Sequence record: MH560358
Source: Escherichia virus KFS-EC
Direction: 5' to 3' (one strand)
Length of the DNA: 64,000 nucleotides
Made by a program: the position numbers and the translations under genes. Within the stretch, counting starts at the first letter, position 1. Each line of letters starts with the position of its first letter. Positions 7,663 through 17,678 of the stretch are shown piece by piece. Below the pieces are notes generated by a model, which saw only the letters and a program-made list of their open reading frames with translations, ran no database searches and had not been told where the DNA came from.

Positions 7663-9771
7663 TTAAAATTTAACATTCTTAACCAGTTTCATAAAGTCTT
7701 GTGCGCGTTTGTCATTATGCAGAATACGATACCAGTTATCTACAATATCATACAGTAACGGGCTATTCTCTTTAAACTTCGCACAAACTGCTTTAATTCG
7801 TTCGTTTGCTACCGTGAATTTTTCATCACAAATCTTTTTAGTTTCTTCGTCCATAATCCAACGAGTACGAAGGAGTAACTTGGAAACCTCTTTATTATAA
7901 TGACGACCGTACAGTCTGTCAATAAATTCTGGAACACAGCGTTCTAGTTCATCGTCATGAAACAACATAGTGATCACACCCAGATATTCGCCATACCCCA
8001 GATGATTGGTCTTAACCTTCTTAGCCAGACCAGCCAGCTTACCGCAAACAAATTCTAGCGCACATTCCAATTGTTCGTCAACGAGATATTTTTGTGTCTC
8101 GTTTCGAGTAATAATATACTTTGTTACCCCGAAGTAGTCAAGCGCCGTGTGTAATGTATTTTCACTATGGATCGATTTACGACTACGGCTTTCGAATGCA
8201 TCACCTACGCGGAACATGTGCAAGCCTGATAACTCGCGAATCTCTGCCGCTTTCATGTGATGGCTGGTTTTATGCCAATTGTCACCAATCTTTTCCATAA
8301 TATACACGTTAGGCAGCTTGGGAGTAGCTTCACGTTGTGTACGCTCGGTCTTTTCCGGTTTAACTGCTTTAGCACGCAGATCATCGGCCTCAGACACTTT
8401 AATCACGGTCATTTCAGAATCATCATAATACTGTTTGATGTACTCGAAAGTCTCCATATGTTTTTCGTTGTTCTGACGGAACACCAGTACCTTTTTATTG
8501 ATTCCGTATTCCTGGACCATGCCGTTAAGAGTCAGTGCACGCAGTTTCGGTTTATCTGTATCATCAATAAGACACGTAATATCTTCTTTATGCATCCATA
8601 CAAAATGCGTAATGTTGTATTGACTGCTAACGAAAGCAGGGCGCAATTTACTGATTGTGTGACGAGTACGATACAGAGTATACACCTGACCTTCTACGTC
8701 ATTTGGCGAATCTTTACCAGCATTCACAAACTTATTATAGATTGCTACCGGATCATCCCACTGACCGATCTTACCCATCTTGCTAATAATATTGCGTTGC
8801 GTCGATGAATACTCGCTCATAAATTGAGCAAGTTTACGCTCTGTTTTAATGTTGGCGATCTTTTCTTTAACCTTTTCCAACATCATTTCATTGATTTCTG
8901 CAATGCGTTTTTCGATGTTCGCTTTAGTCTCAATTGACAAGTGAACTTCTTCACGCGATGGCATAAGGTCCAGATCACCCAACTCAAAATTAATGTAAAT
9001 GGTCTGGTGCTGGCGGTTTACAGCTTCTAACCATGTTCCGCGAACATATTCATACGGGATCGGATACTGGATCTTACCCATGATTGCATATACTACATAG
9101 GAATCGTTATCACGCCCATTACAAACATAATAATTATCAAAGCTAGGGAAATAATTAATTTCGATTGCATTGATATTAGGTTTGTGTTCCCCAAAATGAC
9201 GCAGTACAAATTGCGCTTCTCGATGCCATGTCTGAATGTCTTTTTCTTTCACCGGAATAGTGATTTTCAGACCATTGTCTTCATAGGTCGGTTCGTCGAA
9301 AATCTGCACCATTTTCGGCATCGAGTTTTGCACAAATGCCGTAAAGCCATAAGCGCGACCATTGTAATAGTTTACGATTGTAAAGGTGTCGGTATAGCTA
9401 TAAGCAGATTTCGCACCTAAACCAAAAGATCCGATATAATCATTAGTCTGGTCTTTTGTTGATTCAAAGTAAACCGTAAACAGTTGTTCTAATTCTTTCT
9501 TAGACGGAATACCAGTACCATAATCACGCACAGAAAAATACGGTTCGATTGCAGTCGGTAAATGAATATCAAACGGACGATCTAAGGTTCCGGCTTCTTT
9601 GTGAGTGTCGGTAGCATTGCACGAATACTCACGGACGCAAGCACGCTCACAATATTGATAAGTGTTCTTAGAAAGCACCATAAAAGCCTTGCTACTTGCT
9701 TTCAGTGAAAAATCAACCGCACCGCTCAAGTCACTGCCAAATACTTCTTCATTATCAATATGCATTTTCAT
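7663..9771 (-). CDS. rIIA: RIIA (rapid-lysis protector A, GHKL-type ATPase fold)
   Basis: matches T4 rIIA as recalled (DNG.GI, GSFGLGAKS, FELGDLD motifs); 702 aa. Confidence 0.9.
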   Translation of the reverse strand: MKMHIDNEEVFGSDLSGAVDFSLKASSKAFMVLSKNTYQYCERACVREYSCNATDTHKEAGTLDRPFDIHLPTAIEPYFSVRDYGTGIPSKKELEQLFTVYFESTKDQTNDYIGSFGLGAKSAYSYTDTFTIVNYYNGRAYGFTAFVQNSMPKMVQIFDEPTYEDNGLKITIPVKEKDIQTWHREAQFVLRHFGEHKPNINAIEINYFPSFDNYYVCNGRDNDSYVVYAIMGKIQYPIPYEYVRGTWLEAVNRQHQTIYINFELGDLDLMPSREEVHLSIETKANIEKRIAEINEMMLEKVKEKIANIKTERKLAQFMSEYSSTQRNIISKMGKIGQWDDPVAIYNKFVNAGKDSPNDVEGQVYTLYRTRHTISKLRPAFVSSQYNITHFVWMHKEDITCLIDDTDKPKLRALTLNGMVQEYGINKKVLVFRQNNEKHMETFEYIKQYYDDSEMTVIKVSEADDLRAKAVKPEKTERTQREATPKLPNVYIMEKIGDNWHKTSHHMKAAEIRELSGLHMFRVGDAFESRSRKSIHSENTLHTALDYFGVTKYIITRNETQKYLVDEQLECALEFVCGKLAGLAKKVKTNHLGYGEYLGVITMLFHDDELERCVPEFIDRLYGRHYNKEVSKLLLRTRWIMDEETKKICDEKFTVANERIKAVCAKFKENSPLLYDIVDNWYRILHNDKRAQDFMKLVKNVKF

Positions 9772-9785
9772 AATATAATCCTCAC

Positions 9786-10043
9786 TTAATTAAAATCTTC
9801 TTTGTCCATCTCTGCGTAGATTACATCCCACGCCCATAAATCAATAAACGCATTATATGTCACGGTGCAATCGTTGTCAATCACTTCTTTCGCATATTTC
9901 TTGATGTTTTCGTAGGAAACTTGCGGATCAATTTTGTGTTTACGAAGGTGTGCATATTCATACCTCAAACATTTCATAAACAGGTCCATCGATTTCTTTT
10001 CTCGATGACACTTGGCGATCAGAAAATCAAAACTTCGACTCAT
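9786..10043 (-). CDS. hypothetical protein (85 aa), rIIA.1 position
   Basis: ATG with AAGGAG SD; position-based. Confidence 0.5.
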   Translation of the reverse strand: MSRSFDFLIAKCHREKKSMDLFMKCLRYEYAHLRKHKIDPQVSYENIKKYAKEVIDNDCTVTYNAFIDLWAWDVIYAEMDKEDFN

Positions 10044-10053
10044 TTTCTACTCC

Positions 10054-10248
10054 TTATACATTTTCAATCACCCATTGCAGATGGGCTTCTGCGTCAACCA
10101 GTTCAGCGCGGCTTTTCTCTAAACACTTGCTGTATTCTTTACGTTCCCAATCAGCAATTTCGTTTTTCAGGACTTCTTCATAGTAAGCAATTACGCCTTT
10201 CAGGTCTGAAACTTTACGGCTTGCCAGTTCGATGTAATGGTTACGCAT
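10054..10248 (-). CDS. hypothetical small protein (64 aa)
   Basis: ATG with AAGGAGAATCA leader. Confidence 0.45.
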   Translation of the reverse strand: MRNHYIELASRKVSDLKGVIAYYEEVLKNEIADWERKEYSKCLEKSRAELVDAEAHLQWVIENV

Positions 10249-10435
10249 TTTGATTCTCCTTTGTTACTAGATAACGAATTTGGTCTTGCATTGCGATCAG
10301 TTCCCAGCGTGCTACTTTCATCATGGAAACCGACTCTTTGAACATAATATTAGCTTTTTCCTTATTCCCTGTCAAGTAGATTTCTGCAATTTTTTCACAA
10401 AATTTTTGAGTTTCTTCATTCTTAAACGGTTTCAT
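10241..10435 (-). CDS. hypothetical small protein (64 aa)
   Basis: internal ATG downstream of early promoter (-35 near 10489); track start TTG. Confidence 0.45.
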   Translation of the reverse strand: MKPFKNEETQKFCEKIAEIYLTGNKEKANIMFKESVSMMKVARWELIAMQDQIRYLVTKENQNA

Positions 10436-10501
10436 ATAAGTCAACCTTTTGTTTTCGATGGGGACATTATGATATATCCCCGATCCAGTGTCAACAGATT
10501 T

Positions 10502-10801
10502 TTAATCTTTTTTCAGTACATCCATTACTCGCTCTGCGATCAGTTCTCGTAAGCACTGATAACCATGATATTTGATGGCAATGTCACGCAGATCATTAAC
10601 CAGTTCCCGTACTTCATGGTCTTTCAGATCGTCTCTGTATTTCGATTTAACCGTGTCTTTAGGTGGACTGTGGATAACCTGAAAACCTTGTTCTGCAATC
10701 ACTGCGGCTTCTCGCTGGCGTTCATGTTGTACTGTATTTTTGATCAGGTCTGCTTCCATGAACTTTGCCATACTCATCATCATGTTATTCTTTTTGCTCA
10801 T
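10502..10801 (-). CDS. hypothetical protein (100 aa)
   Basis: internal ATG with GAGGA SD downstream of promoter. Confidence 0.45.
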   Translation of the reverse strand: MSKKNNMMMSMAKFMEADLIKNTVQHERQREAAVIAEQGFQVIHSPPKDTVKSKYRDDLKDHEVRELVNDLRDIAIKYHGYQCLRELIAERVMDVLKKD

Positions 10802-10866
10802 TATTAAATCCTCATAAAAGAAAAGGGAGACTCCCATTATAGAGAATCTCCCTTGTATGTCAAGTG

Positions 10867-12690
10867 TTATGATTGCATCCAAATTTTGCGTTGATCTGCA
10901 TCTTCACTATAGAGCAAATCGAATAGCTCTTTATAGTTTTCCGGCAACGTGATGATCTCCATGACAGGATCGTTGATCACGCGATGATAGTCTGATTCTG
11001 TGAGCGATGCTAAACCTTTGATATATCGAATGTTGTAACCTTTGATATTATCTCGGTCGTTCTCGAAATCTTCTAGGTCATAATACCATCGAACATCATC
11101 ACCTTTCTTTGGTTCCGCAATGATAATAGGTGTTTTGATAAACCGGATTCGTCCATCTTCGAACAATTCAGGCCAACGTGCAAAGAAAGAGATCAGACTA
11201 GGTTTAATAGACCCGATGCCGTCAGTATCAGCGTCAGTCATAATCGCAATATTTTTGTATTGCATAACTTCCAATGCATCAACACCAAATTGCAAGCCAG
11301 TGATCGCCATGATGTTAAAAATTTCGGCGTTCTTAACGATCTTTGCCTCCGGTTGTTCCCACGTTGTAAGAGTTTTGCCTCGCAACGGGAAACCGCCATG
11401 TAAATCTTGGTCACGTACAGAGATCAGATAGTTGATCGCGGAATCACCTTCCGTCAAAAACAGGGTAGTTTCTGCGTCAGTTCCAATAAGGTTAGCTTTA
11501 ACGTGTTTTGACACCTTAGCCCGTTTTGCTGCCTTTGCTGCCTTAGTCGCTGCCGCTTTATCTGCTGCCTCTTTGCGTGCCAGGACTACAGCAATAATAG
11601 GCATGATAATGTTTTCTTTCTTCGCAATGACTTTAGCCAGCTTTTTAAAATCAAGATCAATATGACGCTTGATATCACCAGTCGGGTTAGTCAAGCGTTC
11701 TTTTGTCTGTGAATCAAAACGAAGGTTAGGCAATTCACGAACAATAAGAATACAGGTCAATCCAGATTTAACCGCAGCTTTAGTAACATCAACCTTATAT
11801 TCTTTCTTGATTCGTTTTACAATCTCTTCACAAAGATCATCTGTCACATAATCAACGTGTGTTCCCCCGTTTTTGGTAAACAGACCGTTAGCAAAGGATA
11901 CTGATTTAAAACCTTCTCCCTCGACCGCCGGAACTAGGGCAAGTGAAAAGTTTTTATCTTCAATGACAAACGGATCATCATTGTATAGTTTAGCATAATC
12001 CTTGAACTTACTAACAATACGTTTACCATTAAACTTAAACGTGATCTTAGGAAATATTACGCTCAATGATTGCAGACGATCATGAACAATATCTAAAACA
12101 GAGTTGTCCATCATATAACCTTCGAAGTGGTCGAAGTCTGGACAAAATGTAACCTTCGTTCCCTTCAATTTTGATGGTTTTGATGACCATGTGACATTTT
12201 CAGCACCGTTTGTGCATTGAACGGTCATTTCTGTTTCGCCGTCACAGGTCACACCAGTAAACCAATCGCTAAAGAAATTTGATAACGACGACCCAACACC
12301 GTTCATCCCTTGCGTTAATCGATTGGTATCATCAAAGTTAGACCCTGCTTTTGTTCGTGTCCATGCGGCTACAGGTTGCGGAATCTGCGTACCCTCTGGG
12401 GTAGTAACCATATGTTGAGGAATACCGCGACCATTGTCTGTTACCGTAACAATATTGTTTTGGATATCGACGCTAATCACATTGGCAAATTCAAAGTTAG
12501 TGCGGATCGCCTCGTCTACAGAGTTGTCGATGATCTCATCAATGATTTTAACCAGTCCTGGAACATATGAAATTTTTGTCCATTTACCGAACAGGAAACG
12601 TTGATGTTCTTCGTAAGTTGTTGATCCTATATACATTCCTGCACGCTTAAGGACATGTTCACGATCAGATAAAATGCGAAACTCACTCAT
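10867..12690 (-). CDS. 39: DNA topoisomerase II large subunit (GyrB-like), uninterrupted gp39 (39+60 fused)
   Basis: 607 aa; GHKL ATPase and TOPRIM motifs (DNGRGIP, GLTEGDSA, DAD.DG); collinear with T4 gp39+gp60. Confidence 0.9.
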   Translation of the reverse strand: MSEFRILSDREHVLKRAGMYIGSTTYEEHQRFLFGKWTKISYVPGLVKIIDEIIDNSVDEAIRTNFEFANVISVDIQNNIVTVTDNGRGIPQHMVTTPEGTQIPQPVAAWTRTKAGSNFDDTNRLTQGMNGVGSSLSNFFSDWFTGVTCDGETEMTVQCTNGAENVTWSSKPSKLKGTKVTFCPDFDHFEGYMMDNSVLDIVHDRLQSLSVIFPKITFKFNGKRIVSKFKDYAKLYNDDPFVIEDKNFSLALVPAVEGEGFKSVSFANGLFTKNGGTHVDYVTDDLCEEIVKRIKKEYKVDVTKAAVKSGLTCILIVRELPNLRFDSQTKERLTNPTGDIKRHIDLDFKKLAKVIAKKENIIMPIIAVVLARKEAADKAAATKAAKAAKRAKVSKHVKANLIGTDAETTLFLTEGDSAINYLISVRDQDLHGGFPLRGKTLTTWEQPEAKIVKNAEIFNIMAITGLQFGVDALEVMQYKNIAIMTDADTDGIGSIKPSLISFFARWPELFEDGRIRFIKTPIIIAEPKKGDDVRWYYDLEDFENDRDNIKGYNIRYIKGLASLTESDYHRVINDPVMEIITLPENYKELFDLLYSEDADQRKIWMQS

Positions 12691-12789
12691 TATTAAACCT
12701 CTTCATAACATAACCATAACTTACTGCAACCGCCACAAAGACGGCTGCAACAATCATATTAAAAATTGAGTGATTGTCAAGTATATGAC

Positions 12790-12963
12790 TCATGACACGC
12801 GCACATTTTTATCATAGTACCCGCCATTAATCCCGCGCGGGGCAGTTAATCCCTGTTTGCATTCTTTACCACATTCAGGGCATTCTGCCTTTTCACGCTC
12901 GGAAATTTTGCGGATTTTCTGAAATTGACCGTGTTCTTCACAAGAATAATCGTATAATGGCAT
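12790..12963 (-). CDS. FmdB-like zinc-ribbon protein (57 aa)
   Basis: YDYSCEEHG...CPECG pattern; AAGGGGA SD. Confidence 0.5.
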   Translation of the reverse strand: MPLYDYSCEEHGQFQKIRKISEREKAECPECGKECKQGLTAPRGINGGYYDKNVRVS

Positions 12964-12964
12964 A

Positions 12965-13633
12965 TTATCCCCTTTGTTTCTTAACTGAATTTGGATCTGG
13001 ATTTTCTGGTAGGTCTTCCAGACCCATAGCATAACGTTGTGCATAGATTAGCATAAGAATATCGCGAGCGCAATCATGAATTGCATCATGTGCGATAAAA
13101 CCATCTAGCGTACCCATTGGTAACGGACACTCACACATCCCGCGATGCATCAATGTACGCTCAATGGCGGTGCGAACATCTCGGATATTCCAGAATCGCA
13201 CAGGTTCAAGGCTGAACGTCTCTCGTGTATTGTGTGCACGGCGGATCATATCAACTAGTAACGGAATATCAAACGCATTACCGCGTGACCACAATACGGA
13301 TTTAACCGGATCTACTCCTACGGCTTCATAGAATGCGTTAAAACGCGCTAAACCTTCTTTAGTTGATACTTCCGTACCATTTGTGATTAATTGCTTTCTC
13401 ATGCCTTCTGAGGCGGTATTCTTCCACCATTCAACCACACCATGATCAAACACCCTTACACCTTTCTGGGAAGGAATATCAAATTTTACCAGAAAGGAAT
13501 TGTCAACCAGTTCTTTAAATGTAGGTGGATTGTGCGGATCTTCTTTAAATCCGATTGCCGCCATATTGATAACCGCCCCATCAGGCGGATAACCTAAACT
13601 TTCAAAGTCAATCATTAAATCCACTGGAAGCAT
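12965..13633 (-). CDS. dexA: exonuclease A (3'-5' DEDD-type), DexA
   Basis: matches T4 DexA as recalled (IDFE...G, GTLDGF.AHD.IHDCA.DI); start at internal ATG with GGAGGA SD. Confidence 0.85.
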   Translation of the reverse strand: MLPVDLMIDFESLGYPPDGAVINMAAIGFKEDPHNPPTFKELVDNSFLVKFDIPSQKGVRVFDHGVVEWWKNTASEGMRKQLITNGTEVSTKEGLARFNAFYEAVGVDPVKSVLWSRGNAFDIPLLVDMIRRAHNTRETFSLEPVRFWNIRDVRTAIERTLMHRGMCECPLPMGTLDGFIAHDAIHDCARDILMLIYAQRYAMGLEDLPENPDPNSVKKQRG

Positions 13634-13634
13634 T

Positions 13635-13874
13635 TTAAATATCCTCCGCGATGTGCCGGAATAACTCCAGATCATTTTTATCTAACACTAGATTGCATTT
13701 GGTTGACCGATAATTGCAAACATTAATCAGTAAACTTTCCATCGCCTGTACCGACTGTACTTTATGTCGAAAAGACATTACATGTTGTGCATAATCAGCG
13801 TGAATTTTATCACGATGGAATGTTACGATGGCATCTAAACATAACAGTTTATCAATTTCATCAATAATCATCAT
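13635..13874 (-). CDS. hypothetical protein (79 aa)
   Basis: ORF tightly packed between dexA and dda. Confidence 0.45.
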   Translation of the reverse strand: MMIIDEIDKLLCLDAIVTFHRDKIHADYAQHVMSFRHKVQSVQAMESLLINVCNYRSTKCNLVLDKNDLELFRHIAEDI

Positions 13875-13875
13875 A

Positions 13876-14043
13876 TCAGTAACCCCGCTTAGTGAAGTGA
13901 TCTATCATGGAATTAATACAATCGGCCTCGCTGATTCCAGATATACCCCATCCGTAGTTACCCCACCTGAAATGCATGTATACACATTCGCCATGATACG
14001 ATACTTTCACTTCGTCAAATTCTGGGATACTTCGCATAATCAT
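13876..14043 (-). CDS. hypothetical small protein (55 aa)
   Basis: internal ATG with GAGGAA SD; track start TTG. Confidence 0.4.
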   Translation of the reverse strand: MIMRSIPEFDEVKVSYHGECVYMHFRWGNYGWGISGISEADCINSMIDHFTKRGY

Positions 14044-14054
14044 AATAATATTCC

Positions 14055-15446
14055 TCAAATATAGTCTACACGATACCGAGCACGGGTAACACCAACATAT
14101 AATAACTGCATTGCCAATTCAAAGTCAACATTGTCTGTACACATGCAAGGGGTATACAGGAACACGCGGTCTACGCTGATCCCTTGTGACTTATGAATGG
14201 TGCAAGCTGGTAATGCTTTTACATTCAAGAACATACGCCTCATCGTCCAGAAGGAATCCCAATCTGGTTTAAATTTTGGATTCTCTTTCTTCATTTCGCG
14301 ATATTGTCCGGCGACCGTATTCAGATAGATAGAGAAAATGTTCTTCTGACGTTGTTCTGTCAGAATGTTGATTTCTACTAAATCCGGTTTATCTGTAGTG
14401 ATTCCGACTGCATCTAAACCGACTTTCTGATTTAGGATTTCTTTGTCTTCGTCATCATCGACGCTTTCCACTTTCAGAGTATAGCCTAAAACTGGTTGCG
14501 GATCTACCCCCGTGCAACGTAATGTAAATTCGCGCGGGATGACCTCTTTAACTCGGATCATCTCACCATTGTTAAAAATAACATTGGGAATCTTCTTCCC
14601 GCGTTCATCTCGCAGATATTCGATCAACGGTTCCTGAGTAACCAGAATTTCATCTACAATCACTGGTTCATCGGTGTTATAAACGCGCTTACGTACAATT
14701 TCATTGAGTTTTTCGACGCTCTTGTTAGTGTAGGCCAGAATACGGTTTTCTAGAAGGTCTTCCGGCGTTTTAACGGTTTCGAAATAATGCTTCATAAACT
14801 CCGGCAGAGTTGAGCTATGGAATACACCCTCGTTACCGCACTGCTTTTCGAATACCCATTTACCGTTACGGACAGCGGTCGCCACATCAATTATTGGCGC
14901 ATTAGATCGTTTAATCTCTGTAAGTTCTACATTCTGGAACCTTTCATCGGTGAAGAAAGGAGAGATCGACGTTGCACCGCTCGTATCAACTGGTCGTAAC
15001 TGGTACAGATCACCCACAGCAATAATAACAATTCGACCGTTAATACTCTTCATGAGGATATCAAATAGTTTCTTATCGACCATACTCGCTTCATCAACAA
15101 TGATGATCTGAACATCATCAAGTTTAGGAGTATCTTTTTGCTCAAATACTTGAGTGTCTTCATAGTTGGTCGGATTGAGTCGCAGAAGTGCATGTAAGGT
15201 AAACGCTTGACGGCCTACCGCCTTACTCAAAACTTTTTTAGCCTGGTGGGTAGGCGTTGCCAAAACCACACCAGTTACACCACGGCGGACCATTTCCTGA
15301 ACAATGAATTTCATCATTGCGGTTTTACCAGTACCCGCCGCACCACGGACAGTTGTATGCTTCTTTTGTTCAATACGTTTCATTAGAACATCAAAAGCAT
15401 GTTTTTGCCCGTCTGTTAACATATCGAAAGTTAATACTCTGCTCAT
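14055..15446 (-). CDS. dda: Dda SF1 DNA helicase
   Basis: matches T4 Dda as recalled (LT.GQK.AF, G.AGTGKT, IGD..Q..PV); 463 aa. Confidence 0.9.
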   Translation of the reverse strand: MSRVLTFDMLTDGQKHAFDVLMKRIEQKKHTTVRGAAGTGKTAMMKFIVQEMVRRGVTGVVLATPTHQAKKVLSKAVGRQAFTLHALLRLNPTNYEDTQVFEQKDTPKLDDVQIIIVDEASMVDKKLFDILMKSINGRIVIIAVGDLYQLRPVDTSGATSISPFFTDERFQNVELTEIKRSNAPIIDVATAVRNGKWVFEKQCGNEGVFHSSTLPEFMKHYFETVKTPEDLLENRILAYTNKSVEKLNEIVRKRVYNTDEPVIVDEILVTQEPLIEYLRDERGKKIPNVIFNNGEMIRVKEVIPREFTLRCTGVDPQPVLGYTLKVESVDDDEDKEILNQKVGLDAVGITTDKPDLVEINILTEQRQKNIFSIYLNTVAGQYREMKKENPKFKPDWDSFWTMRRMFLNVKALPACTIHKSQGISVDRVFLYTPCMCTDNVDFELAMQLLYVGVTRARYRVDYI

Positions 15447-15760
15447 TATCCTAAAATCCTCACCTTGCGAACACAGATAGTATTGAGTTCTCGCCGTACC
15501 CGTTCTTTTTCATATTCAGGAATTTTATATTCGATACCATCCCGAACAATTTCAGAAGACCGGATTATGCCAAATTTTCGTTTAGGTACAACCTTGTATT
15601 TCGGTTCACCCGCCAATAGACTCTCACAATAATCTATCTGATCACACATTGACGCTAACGCAGCATCATGTGTTTCGCAAGTTAGGACGCGACCCTTCGC
15701 GTCCACTGAGTATTGAAAGAATCCGTCTTTATCACGATAACATATAGCAAATACATGCAT
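15446..15760 (-). CDS. hypothetical protein (104 aa), dda.1 position
   Basis: ATGA coupling with dda. Confidence 0.5.
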   Translation of the reverse strand: MHVFAICYRDKDGFFQYSVDAKGRVLTCETHDAALASMCDQIDYCESLLAGEPKYKVVPKRKFGIIRSSEIVRDGIEYKIPEYEKERVRRELNTICVRKVRILG

Positions 15761-16515
15761 TATAAACCTACCTTCGCTTTCATCAATTCAATCCACGACG
15801 CATCAATCGGAAGCCCGTATTTCACGCGTTCTTTTTGTGCTGGCGTTAAGTTCTCATACTTAGAAAGAGATTCAATCAAAACGCTGGTATATTTTAGCAC
15901 GATTTCGGTATTGTTTGCAATAGCCTTAAGTTTTTCTTCTTTCTTGTTGATTTCGCTAAGGGCTTGCTTGAGATCTGCAATTTTCTGATAACGTTCTTCC
16001 ATACGGAAGAGAGTATTTTTAATCGCTCGCTCGGCTGCCTCTGCTTTCTCCGGTTCGTTGTGCTTTTTGTGGCGCTCGATTGCTAATTTCTTTTCTTCGA
16101 TTGCTATTTCCTGATTTTTGATGCGATTCTCGTTAAGTTCGATCCACTCGATGTACTTCGCACGTAGGGTAATTTCATCATCAGAAAGTTTACCGTTAGT
16201 TCCTAGTTCCTGGATCTCTTTAAGAGATTCGATAGTGTGATTGCCACGGAAAGAATTGTATTTCCGTTTAACCGGAATTACATTGCCATCAACATATCCT
16301 AGATTGCAATCAATGCGCTCTAAGGAGAGTCCATCATCACCTTCACCGAACGCTTCACCTGAATATGCGCAATGAGTCTGACGGTAAATGTTACGCACAG
16401 TGACTAAGCTCATAGAGAAGTCTTTGTTGCGACGTGAAGCGCCAGTCATGATAGAGTTCAGACGGAAAACAACCAGCGCCAATTCTTCGTTAGATTTAAA
16501 AGCAAACAGTTTCAT
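15760..16515 (-). CDS. hypothetical protein (251 aa); Srd-like by position and size only
   Basis: coiled-coil C-terminus; identity not verifiable from sequence alone. Confidence 0.5.
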   Translation of the reverse strand: MKLFAFKSNEELALVVFRLNSIMTGASRRNKDFSMSLVTVRNIYRQTHCAYSGEAFGEGDDGLSLERIDCNLGYVDGNVIPVKRKYNSFRGNHTIESLKEIQELGTNGKLSDDEITLRAKYIEWIELNENRIKNQEIAIEEKKLAIERHKKHNEPEKAEAAERAIKNTLFRMEERYQKIADLKQALSEINKKEEKLKAIANNTEIVLKYTSVLIESLSKYENLTPAQKERVKYGLPIDASWIELMKAKVGL

Positions 16516-16544
16516 AATTGATTCTCCTTAGTTGGTATGTGTGT

Positions 16545-16573
16545 ATTATTGTCTATCTGGTTTGTGCTGTCAA
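16545..16573 (-). promoter_or_regulatory. early promoter (TTGACA-17-AATAAT)
   Basis: -35 at 16568-16573; leader ...AAGGAGAATCAATT-ATG to gene at 16515. Confidence 0.5.
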
Positions 16574-16576
16574 CAC

Positions 16577-17080
16577 TTAAATTAAAGAAAATTTGTAAAT
16601 CTCTATCAGATCGCCATTACACGCGTAAACTTCCTCGATCTCATCAAGGATCATGGTCGTCCCTGTCTTGTATATGCACTCGCGCTCATCTGCCAACATA
16701 GCATACAAAGACAGTCGAGTAGTTGGATTGTCATACTCTTTAGACACCACTCGGTCAATAGCATGTTCGTAATAATTCATGCAAGGCTTGGTAGGTTTTA
16801 TTGCAATAATCTTTCCTGTTGCATAAACATCGGTTGCAAAGTCCTCTGCTGTTGATTGCAGTGGCGTAAAGCTCATAGGACGCTCTACAACGAAAGAATC
16901 ACCCACAATTAAGGTATCCAGCTTACGGCCTTCTCTTTTGCTCACACCGCGATACAAGGCTTCATGATGCACTAACCGCTCAGTCTTTTCGATCAATCCA
17001 TTAAGGATCGACATATCGATATTTTCTTTAGAGTTCATCACTTCATCAATGATGTTAAGTTCTTCTGGTGTAAATTGCAT
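16577..17080 (-). CDS. putative ADP-ribosyltransferase (ModA/ModB-like, R-S-E type)
   Basis: candidate catalytic signature YRG ... QST ... ERE in the order expected for cholera-toxin-like ARTs; lies at the T4 modA/modB position between dda and 56. Confidence 0.45.
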   Translation of the reverse strand: MQFTPEELNIIDEVMNSKENIDMSILNGLIEKTERLVHHEALYRGVSKREGRKLDTLIVGDSFVVERPMSFTPLQSTAEDFATDVYATGKIIAIKPTKPCMNYYEHAIDRVVSKEYDNPTTRLSLYAMLADERECIYKTGTTMILDEIEEVYACNGDLIEIYKFSLI

Positions 17081-17089
17081 AATAAAAAA

Positions 17090-17113
17090 GCCTCCAATCT
17101 TTCGACGGGAGGC
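17090..17113 (-). terminator. stem-loop (GCCUCCC..GGAGGC) followed by U-run; also sequesters SD of downstream gene
   Basis: hairpin immediately after gp56 and its downstream promoter; U6 tract on minus strand. Confidence 0.45.
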
Positions 17114-17142
17114 ATAATAAAACCATTATAGAGTAGTGTCAA
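17114..17142 (-). promoter_or_regulatory. early promoter (TTGACA-17-TATTAT)
   Basis: -35 at 17137-17142. Confidence 0.5.
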
Positions 17143-17149
17143 CTAATTT

Positions 17150-17668
17150 TTAGTAGCCGCGTTCTTGACGGGCGAAGTTTTCAGCATTTTTCAGATAGTA
17201 CAGCTTGAAGATATCCTTAGCGGTTAAACCTAAGCCCAGCATTTTAATCAGCACAAAATGCCAGATATCGATCAATTCCATCGAAATTTCGGTTTTATCG
17301 TCATCTGACAGGTCAGCAAATTTACGCGATCGTGCTTCGCCGTGGTTTTTCTTCCACACTTTAGTAATTGCGCTTGCATCTTTGCCATTTGACATGCCAC
17401 CCAGGGCAACATAAAGTTCTCGTGTCTCGTCGTCGATTGCGTCATCCCACAACTTCATCCAGTCAAGGATTTCTCCACAAGTTTCCAGCTTATCAGGATG
17501 CGGCACCCACTCAAATTTATCAGCTAGTGCGACCTGTAATCCTTTTTGCATATCTAACATTACTTGCAGCGGATCTTTGCCGCTAGTGATTGCCTCGGAA
17601 TACGCAATACCAGCTTTAGACATAGTTTCATCATTAACAAGACCAGCACAAGAATTAAATTCACTCAT
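17150..17668 (-). CDS. 56: dCTPase/dUTPase-like nucleotide pyrophosphatase (MazG-like), gp56
   Basis: MazG-type motif ELIDIWHFVL; T4 gp56 position between modA/B and 61; start at internal ATG with GAGAGG SD. Confidence 0.75.
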   Translation of the reverse strand: MSEFNSCAGLVNDETMSKAGIAYSEAITSGKDPLQVMLDMQKGLQVALADKFEWVPHPDKLETCGEILDWMKLWDDAIDDETRELYVALGGMSNGKDASAITKVWKKNHGEARSRKFADLSDDDKTEISMELIDIWHFVLIKMLGLGLTAKDIFKLYYLKNAENFARQERGY

Positions 17669-17678
17669 AATAAACCTC

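Noticed and set aside
8257-8808. Plus-strand 183-aa ORF (and other plus-strand track ORFs such as 35883-36395, 23987-24406, 28568-28906, 60694-61127)
   Set aside because: All lie antisense inside well-supported minus-strand core genes (rIIA, gp55 region, uvsX, gp44, grcA-like); typical long antisense frames of AT-rich phage DNA, with no independent start signals.
12683-12793. 24-36 aa hydrophobic mini-ORF overlapping the start of gene 39
   Set aside because: Very short, overlaps the topoisomerase start and coincides with a promoter-like element; insufficient evidence for a gene.
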